A stretch of DNA of 64,000 nt. Origin: Microgenomates group bacterium (lineage in GTDB: Bacteria > Patescibacteriota > Microgenomatia > Daviesbacterales > UBA10151). The stretch is from assembly GCA_041659805.1 (NCBI GenBank), contig JBAZXP010000001.1, positions 589 to 64,588 on the forward strand, written 5' to 3'. Below are positions 18,740 through 28,017 of this stretch, piece by piece; within the stretch, counting starts at the first letter, position 1; each line of letters starts with the position of its first letter. The notes under the pieces are model-generated. The model saw nothing but the letters and a program-made list of their open reading frames with translations, was not told the origin of the DNA and searched no databases. A program made the translations under genes and the position numbers.

Positions 18740-19724
18740 TTTTCCGTCTGGAAAAACGAAAAATAATAACCGCTAAAATTAAATAATACCCGGTCCACAT
18801 TACTACGTTAGTCTGACCGATTACAAAACTTGCTCCCGGTATTTTGGAAAAAAATTGGACAATATAAATAAAATAAGTCAGTAATATTCCCGATACGAGT
18901 CCTACTATTTCCCCCAAAAAATTATTAAAAATTCCAACAATCATTGCCAAAAATCCGGAAATCATAACAATCGGTATACTCCATAAAACTAAACTATTGG
19001 CAATAAGTCCTGCAAGAGAAATTTGATTAAAGTTATAAGCAATGATTGGCAAAACCATTAGTTGAGCAGATAACGTTACTGCAAAATCTTCCCTGATTAA
19101 TTTTGGAATTTTCCTCAAAATATTGGAAAAAATCGGGGCAACAACTATAACTCCAAAAGTTGCTAAAAAACTCAGTTGAAAAGAGATATTTAACAACCAA
19201 TTTGGTTGATAAAGCAACATTAATCCTCCTGTTACAAATAAAATCCACCAACCAGTACCTTCTTTACCCATTAGTTTACCTGTATAAACAAGACCTGCCA
19301 TAATGGCTGCCCGAACTACAGGAACCCCAAAACCTGTGATCAAACTATAAATTACTATTACAAACAAGGTCAGAATTATAGTTTTTCTTCTGCCAAATAT
19401 ACTCACTAAACTCATCACAAACCCAGCCAAAATAGTCAGGTTTTGACCTGAAACAACCACAATATGAATGGTAGACGTAGTCTGCAGTTGCTTTCTAAAA
19501 TAAAAAGGCAGACTGGATTGATTGCCCAAGATTATGCCTGAAAGTAGCGCTGATTGTGGGTAAGGCAAAATATTATCAATGGTTTCGGATAAAGAAGTTC
19601 TCAGAGGCTCAAAAAGCTGAATTCCCTCTTCTTTATATGTCGGATCAATACCGCCAATTTGCATTACTCTAAAGGCAAAAAATAAGATCCAAAATGAAAT
19701 CAAGAAAAATATTAGCCTCAACAT
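18723..19724 (-). CDS. comEC: ComEC/Rec2-family competence membrane channel. It is a short form with no metallo-beta-lactamase domain.
   Basis: It is 333 aa with about 8 TM helices and the 'competence' domain pattern. It lies directly downstream of comEA on the same strand. Confidence 0.5.
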   Translation of the reverse strand: MLRLIFFLISFWILFFAFRVMQIGGIDPTYKEEGIQLFEPLRTSLSETIDNILPYPQSALLSGIILGNQSSLPFYFRKQLQTTSTIHIVVVSGQNLTILAGFVMSLVSIFGRRKTIILTLFVIVIYSLITGFGVPVVRAAIMAGLVYTGKLMGKEGTGWWILFVTGGLMLLYQPNWLLNISFQLSFLATFGVIVVAPIFSNILRKIPKLIREDFAVTLSAQLMVLPIIAYNFNQISLAGLIANSLVLWSIPIVMISGFLAMIVGIFNNFLGEIVGLVSGILLTYFIYIVQFFSKIPGASFVIGQTNVVMWTGYYLILAVIIFRFSRRKSANMV

Positions 19725-19736
19725 AGGTGTTTAGAA

Positions 19737-19826
19737 ACGGGTGGCGCGAGTCGGGGCGCCCCATCGAGCACCCGCAACGAAGTGAGGATGTCGGATGGGG
19801 CTGACGAGCGACAGGACCCGTAGGCA
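19737..19826. other. GC-rich structured or palindromic intergenic island between comEA and comEC. It is a candidate small ncRNA or a protein-binding palindrome.
   Basis: About 90 nt at roughly 65% GC sit in an otherwise AT-rich sequence. The element contains the perfect 10-bp palindrome GGGGCGCCCC, flanked by GGGTG...CACCC. Confidence 0.3.
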
Positions 19827-19833
19827 TAAAAAG

Positions 19834-20478
19834 CTACCATGTTGATATTTGAGCTTTAATCTTCTCGTAAACTGATCTGGAAACTGCTTTTTTGGTAACT
19901 AAATCCTCTATTCCTGAATACGGTCTGTTATCAATAATTTTCTGGGCAGTTACTGCTCCCACGCCTGGCAATTTATCCAGATCAGCAAGAGCTGCTTCAT
20001 TAATATTGATTAATCCAATCGCAGAGACTGAATTTCCTTGAGAAGAAGCATCTGTTCCTATATTCTCAGAAACTTTTGGCACATAAATCTTCATGCCATC
20101 TGCTACTTTTTGAGCTAGATTTATAGTTTTTGATACATAAACAGGATCTGCTTCTTCTGTTACGCCTCCGGCCATTTTTAATGCGTCCTCCACTCTGGAG
20201 TCAAGTGATAATGAATAAACACCTGGTGAAACGATGGCACCACTTACATCAACTTTAACTTCTATTGTTTTTTTAATACCATTTACTTCTCCATTTGAAC
20301 TTGGATATGCTTGCTTGGAGGATTTAAGAAAGGTTTTAGGAATAATGCCGGAAGAAATAATTCCTCCCACCAGTAGAACCGTGCCTACCACCCCAACTAT
20401 AATTAATATTTTGTATCTACTCAACAAATCCTCAAGATTGTTTTCCGAGTTCATATTAAAGATTACACAAATCTCCAC
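19834..20478 (-). CDS. comEA: ComEA-family DNA-binding competence protein (SLBB plus tandem helix-hairpin-helix).
   Basis: It has an N-terminal TM. The C-terminal HhH region is 'ININEAALADLDKLPGVGAVTAQKIIDNRPYSGIEDLV'. Confidence 0.8.
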   Translation of the reverse strand: MEICVIFNMNSENNLEDLLSRYKILIIVGVVGTVLLVGGIISSGIIPKTFLKSSKQAYPSSNGEVNGIKKTIEVKVDVSGAIVSPGVYSLSLDSRVEDALKMAGGVTEEADPVYVSKTINLAQKVADGMKIYVPKVSENIGTDASSQGNSVSAIGLININEAALADLDKLPGVGAVTAQKIIDNRPYSGIEDLVTKKAVSRSVYEKIKAQISTW

Positions 20479-20906
20479 ACAAACTTTTTAGCCTTAATCT
20501 TCTTTTCGTATTGCTGCTTCAACTCAATCCGGTATGTTTTTATCCATTCCCTGTAACCTTCAAATAAGTGTATCAAACCTCTACTTTCCATCTCTTTCTT
20601 GATTATGCCACCTTCATGCGGAAATTTATGTAACCTTCTGTGTGGTGAAGAAAAACCATGCACATAATGACAAAGTTCGTGCGCAATTGTATGATCAACC
20701 ACTACTTGTGGAATAGTCAAATCCTTAAACATTCCTGTAATAGTAATATATGTCTTCTTTGAAGCTGGTTCCATCTTAATTGAACCTAATCGAAGTCTGG
20801 AAAATCTCCCAAATTGAATGAACACAGGATTAATTTGAGGCACATCAGCGAAATGCTCTGACCAAAGAAAATCTAACCTGGAAAGCAACCATTTATCATC
20901 TCTCAT
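20463..20906 (-). CDS. YgjP/DUF45-like zinc metallohydrolase (M48-like HExxH).
   Basis: The motif 'HTIAHELCHYVHGFSSPH' matches the DUF45 'HELCH' signature. Confidence 0.55.
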   Translation of the reverse strand: MRDDKWLLSRLDFLWSEHFADVPQINPVFIQFGRFSRLRLGSIKMEPASKKTYITITGMFKDLTIPQVVVDHTIAHELCHYVHGFSSPHRRLHKFPHEGGIIKKEMESRGLIHLFEGYREWIKTYRIELKQQYEKKIKAKKFVWRFV

Positions 20907-21090
20907 TACCTAACTTTAGCCTCATTTTGAACCTTCGTCAAGTCACTTTTGTAAGTCAAAGGTGACAGGCGACAGGTCCCCAAAAAACTGAAAAATTGAT
21001 TTTTCGATTTTGTTGATACAACAATCTAAACATGCTATAAAAATTGTTAGCAAATGAGCTAAAATGTTGCTAAATTTGGGGCAAAAAGTT

Positions 21091-23565
21091 CTATTTTCTG
21101 TCAGTTACAAAATTAATAATTTTACCAGGGACATAAAATACTTTTACTATAGCCACAGAATCTATGCACTTTTGTACTCTAGGACTATTTTTAGCCATGG
21201 ATTCAATCTCAGATTGATTATCTGCCAATTCTCTATCTATAATTAAGTTATCTCTTAGCTTCCCATCAACCTGAATTACAATCGTAACCTTCTCATCTTT
21301 TAAATGCTCCTCCTCTATTTGTGGCCAAGGCTGGTTATGTATCGACCAATGTTCGTTCGTTCTAATGTTCGTTCGTTCTAATATCTCCCATAATTCCTCT
21401 GTAATAAATGGAGCTAGAGGTGACAACATAATTAACATGCTCTTGATTGTTTCTTTTGAGGCTGTTTTTTGTCTGGAAAGAAAATTTAGAAGCTCCATTA
21501 AACCTGAAACAACAGTATTATAATGCAGCTTTTCAAAATCTTTACTGGCTTTTTGAATAGTTTTATTTAAAATTCTTTTTTCTTCCTGAGTAGCCTCAGC
21601 TTCTTCATAATTTTGAGCTAAACTCCAGATCCTGGTTAAAAAACGATATACTCCATTTAATCCATCATCCTGAAAATCTCCTCCACCAGTAAAAGGCCCC
21701 ATAAACATTAAATAGGTTCGAAAAACATCTGCTCCCCAATCTTTAATATATTTATCAGGTATAATTACGTTTCCTTTGGATTTGCTCATCTTGGCTCCGT
21801 CTTTAATAATCAAACCGTGAGCACGAAACTTAGTAAAAGGTTCTTCAAAATCAATAAAACCCATATCTTTAAATGCCATAGTAATGAATCTGGAATAAAG
21901 CAAATGAAGCACAGAATGCTCTGCACCTCCAATATACATATCAACAGGCAGCCATTTTTTTGATCTGGTATCGTCAAACAACTTATCATCCATATCCGTG
22001 GTTAAATACCTGAAAAAATATAAAGAAGAATCAAAAAAGTTATCTGAAACATCAGTTTCTCGCCTGGCTTTACCATGACATTTAGGGCAGGTAGTATTTA
22101 CAAAATCAGAATCTGAAGCTAAAGGTCCTACTCCTGTACCAGTAGGCTTAAAATCTTTAATATAAGGCAGCTCAACTGGTAAATCTTCTTCTGGCACAGG
22201 CACAATTCCACACTTATCACAATAAATCGTTGGAATTGGTGGTCCCCAATATCTTTGCCTGGAAATCAACCAATCACGCAAATGATAAGAGGTCACTCTT
22301 TTCCCCCAACCTTTCTCTTCCAAATAATCCATAATCTTAACCGTAGCTTCATGGATATCTAAACCATTCAAAAATTCTGAATTGACCATTAATCCTTCTT
22401 CTTCCTGCACCTGCTCTGCTTTTGTAATAGGAGTTTTATCATCATCCTTGCCTACAACTACTCTTACTATTGGTAAATCAAACTCTTTAGCAAATTCAAA
22501 ATCACGAATGTCATGGCCAGGCACACCCACAACTGCTCCCGTTCCCACCTTACCTAGCACAAAATCACTTACCCAAACAGGCAATTTTTGACCATTAAGC
22601 CTATTTACAGCAAATACACCAGTAAATACTCCAGTTTTCTTCCTTCCTTCAGCTATTCTTTCCATATCTGATTTTGCTAAAGCGGTAGAAACATACTTTT
22701 TAACTGCATCTAAATATTGCTTTTGGGCTATTTTGTATATCAAAGGATGTTCTGGCCCAATAACAATAAAGGTAGCTCCAAAATTAGTATCTGGACGTGT
22801 AGTAAAACAAACAATCTTCTCATCCAAACCCTCCAGCTCATACTCGATATTAATACCATCTTTTCTGCCTATCCAGTTTCTTTGGGCAGTTTTTACGATC
22901 TCTGACCAATCCAAAGATTCAATATTGGAAAGCAGCCTATCAGCATAATCTGTAATTTTAAAGAACCACTGTTCTAATTCTTTTTTACCAACCTGAGAGG
23001 AACACCTTTCACATTCTCCAGAAATTACCTGCTCATCAGCCAACACAGTTAGGCATGATGGACACCAGTTTACTTCTGCTTTTTTCCGGTAAGCTAAGCC
23101 TTGTTTGTACAGTTGAAGAAAAGCCCATTGAGTCCATTTGTAATAGTTTGACTTATATGTATCCACTGTTCTTTGCCAGTCAAAAGCATTCCCAACCATT
23201 AAAAATTGCTCATAAAAATGCTTCTCTGTTCTCTTACTCACCTCCATCGGATGCTCGTTGATTTTCATCGCATAATTTTCACCATGAATCCCGAATCCAT
23301 CCAAACCAATGGGCTCAAACACATCAAAGCCTTGTAGTCTTTTAAACCTGGAGTAAACATCCGAACCGGTAAAAGCATACATGTTCCCAACATGCATTCC
23401 CTCTGCTGATGGATAAGGAAACATCATTAAAGAATAAAATGGTTTTTTAGCCTTGTCCAAATCAGGACTAAATAATCCTGTATCTTTCCACTTCTTAGCC
23501 CATTTAGGTTCAATCTTTGCGGGAAAATATTTAATCATTTTTATACTCCATTCCCTCAAAGTCAA
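21091..23565 (-). CDS. leuS: Leucine--tRNA ligase.
   Basis: The N-terminal region is 'FPYPSAEGMHVGNMYAFTGSDVYSRFKRLQG'. The KMSKS motif is 'KMSKSKGN'. Zinc-knuckle Cys clusters and the editing (CP1) domain are present. The true start is likely 'MIKYFPAK'. Confidence 0.95.
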   Translation of the reverse strand: MTLREWSIKMIKYFPAKIEPKWAKKWKDTGLFSPDLDKAKKPFYSLMMFPYPSAEGMHVGNMYAFTGSDVYSRFKRLQGFDVFEPIGLDGFGIHGENYAMKINEHPMEVSKRTEKHFYEQFLMVGNAFDWQRTVDTYKSNYYKWTQWAFLQLYKQGLAYRKKAEVNWCPSCLTVLADEQVISGECERCSSQVGKKELEQWFFKITDYADRLLSNIESLDWSEIVKTAQRNWIGRKDGINIEYELEGLDEKIVCFTTRPDTNFGATFIVIGPEHPLIYKIAQKQYLDAVKKYVSTALAKSDMERIAEGRKKTGVFTGVFAVNRLNGQKLPVWVSDFVLGKVGTGAVVGVPGHDIRDFEFAKEFDLPIVRVVVGKDDDKTPITKAEQVQEEEGLMVNSEFLNGLDIHEATVKIMDYLEEKGWGKRVTSYHLRDWLISRQRYWGPPIPTIYCDKCGIVPVPEEDLPVELPYIKDFKPTGTGVGPLASDSDFVNTTCPKCHGKARRETDVSDNFFDSSLYFFRYLTTDMDDKLFDDTRSKKWLPVDMYIGGAEHSVLHLLYSRFITMAFKDMGFIDFEEPFTKFRAHGLIIKDGAKMSKSKGNVIIPDKYIKDWGADVFRTYLMFMGPFTGGGDFQDDGLNGVYRFLTRIWSLAQNYEEAEATQEEKRILNKTIQKASKDFEKLHYNTVVSGLMELLNFLSRQKTASKETIKSMLIMLSPLAPFITEELWEILERTNIRTNEHWSIHNQPWPQIEEEHLKDEKVTIVIQVDGKLRDNLIIDRELADNQSEIESMAKNSPRVQKCIDSVAIVKVFYVPGKIINFVTDRK

Positions 23566-23807
23566 GCTTCTGCGAGCACAGTGAGCAGGTACTTATTTGA
23601 TTGGGTAAATATTTTTTCATCTGAACCTAATATTATCATAAATAATAAGTCAACTCAAACAAACCAAAGTGACAAAACAATAACAATTATAAAATCATTT
23701 TCCACAGACGTTTTCACAAATGTGACGCAGGAATTAATTATATTGTTTGATATATTTAGATTAGGTACATTTATTGACTTTCAACAACATTTAACACCAT
23801 TTTTATA

Positions 23808-23836
23808 TTGACACCAGCATACTGTTTAACTATAAT
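23808..23836 (+). promoter_or_regulatory. Perfect sigma70-consensus promoter: TTGACA, a 17-nt spacer, then TATAAT.
   Basis: The sequence is 'TTGACAccagcatactgtttaacTATAAT'. The -35 box is 23808-23813, the spacer is exactly 17 nt and the -10 box is 23831-23836. Confidence 0.6.
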
Positions 23837-23848
23837 TTAGATACCTAG

Positions 23849-23898
23849 TACCCAGGTAGGAGTAAATGCAGACGGTTACTCCTGCTTGGGTATTTTTT
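23849..23898 (+). terminator. Intrinsic-terminator-like hairpin: a 17-bp stem, a 10-nt loop and a U-run, starting about 12 nt downstream of the -10 box.
   Basis: 'TACCCAGGTAGGAGTAA-atgcagacgg-TTACTCCTGCTTGGGTA-TTTTTTAT'. The stem has two G-U or mismatch positions. Confidence 0.55.
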
Positions 23899-23993
23899 AT
23901 CCTCTAAACCCAGATTGATTGATCATGTTGTATATAAAATGTTGTATAAAATCCTAGTTGCCAAACATAGGGCTGACAGACTAGTCTAATTAC

Positions 23994-26306
23994 ATGGTTC
24001 AAAAAATTAATCTCTGGTTAAGTTTAATATTCAAAATCTTAGTACTGGCTTTAGCTTTTTTAGCTCCCCTGTTTTTCTGGGGATATACGACTGAATTTTA
24101 TGAAACACCCAAATTTATCCTGGTATTAATAATTACTACATTATTTATAGTGCTGTGGATTACCAAGTGGATTATAAGCGGCAGGATTACTTTGACTGTT
24201 TCGAAACTTGACTTGCCCTTTCTATTGCTTTTAGTAGCTTTTGTTATCTCAATGTTTTTTGCTCCTTCCCGGTCAATTGCTATTTTTGGAAATCTACCAA
24301 GACTGCATGGTGGACTAATCAGCTTTGCCCTTTATGCAACATTTTATTTTGTACTGGCAGCAAATTTTAAAAAAATCTCAACCATTAAAGATGTTGTCTA
24401 CGCGCTTCTTGCTTCATCAATCATCCTTTCTATTATTAGTTTACTTTCTTACGCAGGAATAAATATTTTTTCTCTCTCCTGGACGTCTGGCGCTGCTTTT
24501 ACACCAACAGGCTCCAGTTTCTCAACAGTAGCAATATTACTTCTATTACTTCCTTTTCCGATTACTGCAATTTTATATGGTTCAAAAATAACTGACTTCG
24601 AAACAGATTCCCAAAGTGAAGAATTAGGATTGCCTATCAGCTCTTTAGTCGGAGACAATGCTTCCCTAAACCAATTAACCATTAAAATCATCTGGTCAGT
24701 CGTACTGGGATTATTCGCCATTACAATCGTTTTAATTGGTAATGTCCCTATGTACATTGCAGCAGTCATAGTACTGGCTTTAGTTCTATTTGTAACACCT
24801 CCAAATTCAATTGGTAAAAATGCAGCTTTCTTGTTTACCCCAATTTTGATTGCCCTGATTATTGCCTTCATGTCTTTCATACCTGTAGGAGGATCTAAGA
24901 ATATTCTTTATAATAAAGCCCAGAACTTCCCCCGTGAGCTACAACTTCCTTTTACAACTTCCTGGAAGATATCTATCTCTTCTTTCAGAGATTCACCTAT
25001 TTACGGATCAGGTCCTGCCTCCTACTTAAATGATTTTACTCTTTATAAACCGGTTGAGTTTAACAACACGAAATTATGGAGTGGAAAATTCGATCAAGCC
25101 TTCAATGAATATTTGCAAGTACTGGCAACTCTTGGAGTAATCGGTCTGATTGCACTTTTGCTTTTAACCCTAACTGCCTTAACCATCGCTTTCAAAAGCC
25201 TCTCTACCCCTAAAACAGGTAGTATCCGCGTACCTTTGGCAATTACATCAATAACATTCTTTATTATATTAGCTTTACATACTTCAACTTTAACTCTCTG
25301 GATTGTGGGTATTATTCTAATAATCTCCTTCCTGGCATTGACCAGACAAGAAAATAGCGAAATTGTACTAAGCGATACAAACGGTATCTCATCTAAAATA
25401 AAAGTTAATCCATTGCCTGTCATAATGGCAATTATTGTCATTGGATTGCTTTGTCTTGTCTATAAAGAGGCTGTACCGGCACTAATTGCTGATTATCATC
25501 ATCGCCAAGCCTTAAAAGCAGTAACATTAGGACAGGGCTTGGTTGCCTACAATGAATTAGTTCTGGCTGAAAAATTCAACCCAAATGTAGATTTATACAG
25601 AACTGATCTGGCTCAAACCAATTTTGCGTTGGCAAATGCAATAGCATCAAGCAAAGGCCCTACAGAAACCAGTCCTTCCGGATCACTTACAGATACCGAC
25701 AAACAGAATATTCAGGTTCTTCTATCCCAATCAATCAATGAAGCCAGAGCAGCTACATCTTTAAATCAAAATAATTCCGGAAATTGGGAGATACTTGGAT
25801 CAATTTATCAGCAAATTTCAGGAGTAGCTAAAGATGCTCTTCAATTCGCGCTTGATTCTTACGGCAGAGCCATTCAAAAAGATCCGCTAAACCCTAACTT
25901 AAGGCTTACGGTAGGTGGAATTTACTATTCAGCTAAAAATTATGATATGGCGATCCGTTTCTTCTCTGATGCAGCCAATCTAAAACCTGACTATGCAAAC
26001 TCCTACTACAACTTAGCAATCGCATACAGAGAAAAAGGTGATTTCAATAGTGCTATAACATTCATACAACAAGCTCTAACCCTTATAGATAGCAAAAGTC
26101 CTGACTACAAAACAGCAACAGACTTACTGGAACAATTAAAATCCAAGTCTACAACTAACACTTCTCCAATTATTCAGGCAGAAAGTTCTCCTTCAGCATT
26201 ACAAGATGAAAAACTACCAAAAGTACTAAAGCTTCCAAAACCTGAGAATATTACAACCCCATCTGCTATCAAGAAAACCACTCCTACCCCAACCCCTGCA
26301 GAATAA
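23994..26306 (+). CDS. Polytopic membrane protein with an O-antigen-ligase-like (Wzy_C-type) core and C-terminal TPR repeats.
   Basis: It has about 12 TM helices. The Gly-rich loop 'YGSGPASY' resembles the ligase G.G.G.F/Y motif. The C-terminal TPR repeats include 'YYNLAIAYREKGDFNSAITFIQQAL'. The Pro/Thr tail is 'TPTPTPAE'. Confidence 0.45.
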   Translation: MVQKINLWLSLIFKILVLALAFLAPLFFWGYTTEFYETPKFILVLIITTLFIVLWITKWIISGRITLTVSKLDLPFLLLLVAFVISMFFAPSRSIAIFGNLPRLHGGLISFALYATFYFVLAANFKKISTIKDVVYALLASSIILSIISLLSYAGINIFSLSWTSGAAFTPTGSSFSTVAILLLLLPFPITAILYGSKITDFETDSQSEELGLPISSLVGDNASLNQLTIKIIWSVVLGLFAITIVLIGNVPMYIAAVIVLALVLFVTPPNSIGKNAAFLFTPILIALIIAFMSFIPVGGSKNILYNKAQNFPRELQLPFTTSWKISISSFRDSPIYGSGPASYLNDFTLYKPVEFNNTKLWSGKFDQAFNEYLQVLATLGVIGLIALLLLTLTALTIAFKSLSTPKTGSIRVPLAITSITFFIILALHTSTLTLWIVGIILIISFLALTRQENSEIVLSDTNGISSKIKVNPLPVIMAIIVIGLLCLVYKEAVPALIADYHHRQALKAVTLGQGLVAYNELVLAEKFNPNVDLYRTDLAQTNFALANAIASSKGPTETSPSGSLTDTDKQNIQVLLSQSINEARAATSLNQNNSGNWEILGSIYQQISGVAKDALQFALDSYGRAIQKDPLNPNLRLTVGGIYYSAKNYDMAIRFFSDAANLKPDYANSYYNLAIAYREKGDFNSAITFIQQALTLIDSKSPDYKTATDLLEQLKSKSTTNTSPIIQAESSPSALQDEKLPKVLKLPKPENITTPSAIKKTTPTPTPAE

Positions 26307-26447
26307 TCTTGTGGACCTGAGCAGAATAAGCAAAGCTTGCGACCTACGGTCTTCGAATCGCATTTTTGTGGACTCACTGAGAATAAGAACCTTTGCTTCG
26401 CAAAAGAACCTTGCAACGCTTCGCGTCTTCGAACCCAGAATATAATG
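26307..26447 (-). repeat. Two decayed tRNA-3'-half-like units downstream (minus sense) of tRNA-Ala(CGC).
   Basis: Units begin (plus strand) 'gtggacctgagcagaataag' and 'gtggactcactgagaataag', compared with the intact 'gtggacttgccgggaattgaaccc'. On the minus strand they read '..GGTTCTTATTCTCAGTGAGTCCAC', a degenerate T-arm plus acceptor. Confidence 0.6.
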
Positions 26448-26518
26448 TGGACTTGCCGGGAATTGAACCCGGATCCCAGCAATGCGAATGCTATGTTCTG
26501 CCGTTGAACTACAAGCCC
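26448..26518 (-). tRNA. tRNA-Ala (anticodon CGC).
   Basis: The reverse complement folds as GGGCTTG-TA-GTTC-AACGGCA-GAAC-A-TAGCA-TTCGCAT-TGCTG-GGAT-CCGGG-TTCAATT-CCCGG-CAAGTCC-A. The G3-U70 alanine identity pair is present. CCA is not encoded. Confidence 0.75.
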
Positions 26519-26698
26519 CTACCGATCTGCTGATCCTCTGATATTCTGAAGTGTGGACCCGAGGGGAATAAGACATCTTCGCTTCGCTCAGAGATCTTGA
26601 TCCCCTCTCTTTTTGTCCACTGCGCTTCGCTTGTGGACCCGAGGGGAATGAGTCTTCGAGGACTCGCCTCTTCCCCTCCTATTCCACCTCACTTCGTT
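26519..26698 (-). repeat. Two further decayed tRNA-like units between the two tRNA-Ala genes.
   Basis: 'gtggacccgaggggaataag...' and 'gtggacccgaggggaatgag...' share the intact tRNA 3' end 'gtggacccgaggggaattgaacccc'. Both carry GAGGGGA..(23-33 nt)..TTCCCCTC inverted repeats instead of a canonical T arm. Confidence 0.6.
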
Positions 26699-26770
26699 CG
26701 GTGGACCCGAGGGGAATTGAACCCCTTATCTTCTCTATGCCATAGAGACGTCGTACCGGTGGACCACGGG
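26699..26770 (-). tRNA. tRNA-Ala (anticodon GGC) with a slightly non-canonical D-arm.
   Basis: The reverse complement folds as GGGCCCG-TG-GTCC-ACCGGTA-CGAC-G-TCTCT-ATGGCAT-AGAGA-AGATA-AGGGG-TTCAATT-CCCCT-CGGGTCC-A. G3-U70 is present. The D-stem has 3 bp plus one mismatch, and position 32 is A. Confidence 0.55.
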
Positions 26771-26832
26771 CCCTCATGGGTAGTATAAAGTATAGAGTAG
26801 AAAGTATAAAGGGGGTTTTAGCTGCTTTATAC

Positions 26833-27960
26833 CTACTTGAAGACAGAACGTGGATTTAGAGCTATACCCTTGTAACGAATTTCAAAGTGAAGATGAATAC
26901 CGGTAGATCTACCTGTTGTCCCCATTCTTCCTATTGTTTGACCTCTTGATACCCTTTCACCATTTGATACATAGACATTGGCAAAATGTGCATACAAAGT
27001 TGTATAGCCATTGCCATGATCAATCACTACCCTATTTCCATAACCAGAATTATCAGGCCAACCTGCCACAATCACTGTTCCTCCGTCTGCAGCAACAACA
27101 GCAGGACCAGACCGATCAGCAATATCAAGCGCCGGATGATACCAGGCAAAATACTGAGTAACAATACCTTTTGTCGGATAAATAAAATTTGCGCCTCCCG
27201 GAGCCTGGAAGGTTGATGAAGCAACCCCGGTATAGAATTGACCGACAGTAGGGGCTGACCTCTGAATAACAGGTGCAGCAGCAGGCTGAACACCATTAGG
27301 CACAACTAATACCTGACCAACTTTTAGCTTAAAATCATCAGGAACATCATTAAAAGGAAAGTCCAAGATACCCTGCGCCTCAGCTTCATATTTTTTAGCC
27401 ACAGATTCCAAAGTATCGCCTGATTTCACTGTGTGCACAACACCGGCCACAGGCAGGATCTTGATTTTTTGACCCGGCTTAATTGAATTTACGCCTTCCA
27501 AATTATTAGCCCATTTGATGGTATCTGTAGAAATGCCAAAATGCTCAGCAATGGTTGACAGGGTATCCCCTGATTTAACTTCATATTCAATAGTTTCTGA
27601 TCTGGGTTTTTGAGAAATATTGGTTCTGGTGTCATATAAAGAGTTTAAGACAGGATCATCAATTGAACTTTGATCATATATATTTACAAAACGAGGATCT
27701 TCCGGACCTACCCCCGGAAATGAAGCAGACAAAATTGTCTGTCCTCCAAAGGCTCCTGATGTAATGATTCCAAAAGCAGATAACCCTACCATACTGCCAT
27801 GCCAGATCTTCTTTTGCAAAATCCCCCGTTTGAACATCAGGACATCAACTGTAAGATTTTTAAAAGCTTCAAAGAGTGAGGCAAGATAAACCACTTTTTG
27901 GTTCAAGTAGATAAGTAGAAAACTGATAAAAAGACGAAAATCCTTAAAGAGAGAATTCAC
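26833..27960 (-). CDS. LysM-domain M23 family peptidoglycan endopeptidase.
   Basis: There are two LysM repeats, 'YEVKSGDTLSTIAEHFGISTDTIKWANNL' and 'HTVKSGDTLESVAKKYE...'. The M23 core is 'VIDHGNGYTTLYAHF...RGQTIGRMGTTGRSTGIHLHFEI'. The true start is probably the internal Met, 'MFKRGILQKK', just before a TM helix. Confidence 0.85.
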   Translation of the reverse strand: MNSLFKDFRLFISFLLIYLNQKVVYLASLFEAFKNLTVDVLMFKRGILQKKIWHGSMVGLSAFGIITSGAFGGQTILSASFPGVGPEDPRFVNIYDQSSIDDPVLNSLYDTRTNISQKPRSETIEYEVKSGDTLSTIAEHFGISTDTIKWANNLEGVNSIKPGQKIKILPVAGVVHTVKSGDTLESVAKKYEAEAQGILDFPFNDVPDDFKLKVGQVLVVPNGVQPAAAPVIQRSAPTVGQFYTGVASSTFQAPGGANFIYPTKGIVTQYFAWYHPALDIADRSGPAVVAADGGTVIVAGWPDNSGYGNRVVIDHGNGYTTLYAHFANVYVSNGERVSRGQTIGRMGTTGRSTGIHLHFEIRYKGIALNPRSVFK

Positions 27961-28017
27961 CTGTGAGAGTTATTCTAACAGATCTTGTCAAACAAAAAAA
28001 GTTCATATAGATACTAA

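Noticed and set aside
21330-21392. Tandem 'aatgttcgttcgttct' duplication inside leuS.
   Set aside because: It is in frame and translates to the short repeat RTNI-RTNE in a poorly conserved C-terminal linker. There is no frameshift, and it is most simply a slippage duplication with no evident function.
26300-26800. A repeat-spacer appearance (GTGGAC... units) suggested a CRISPR array.
   Set aside because: Unit spacing is irregular (60-109 nt). The 'repeats' are the 3' halves of two intact tRNA-Ala genes and their decayed copies. There is no cas gene nearby and no constant repeat length. The ORFs 26174..26482, 26226..26576 and 26597..26788 over this region are artefacts.
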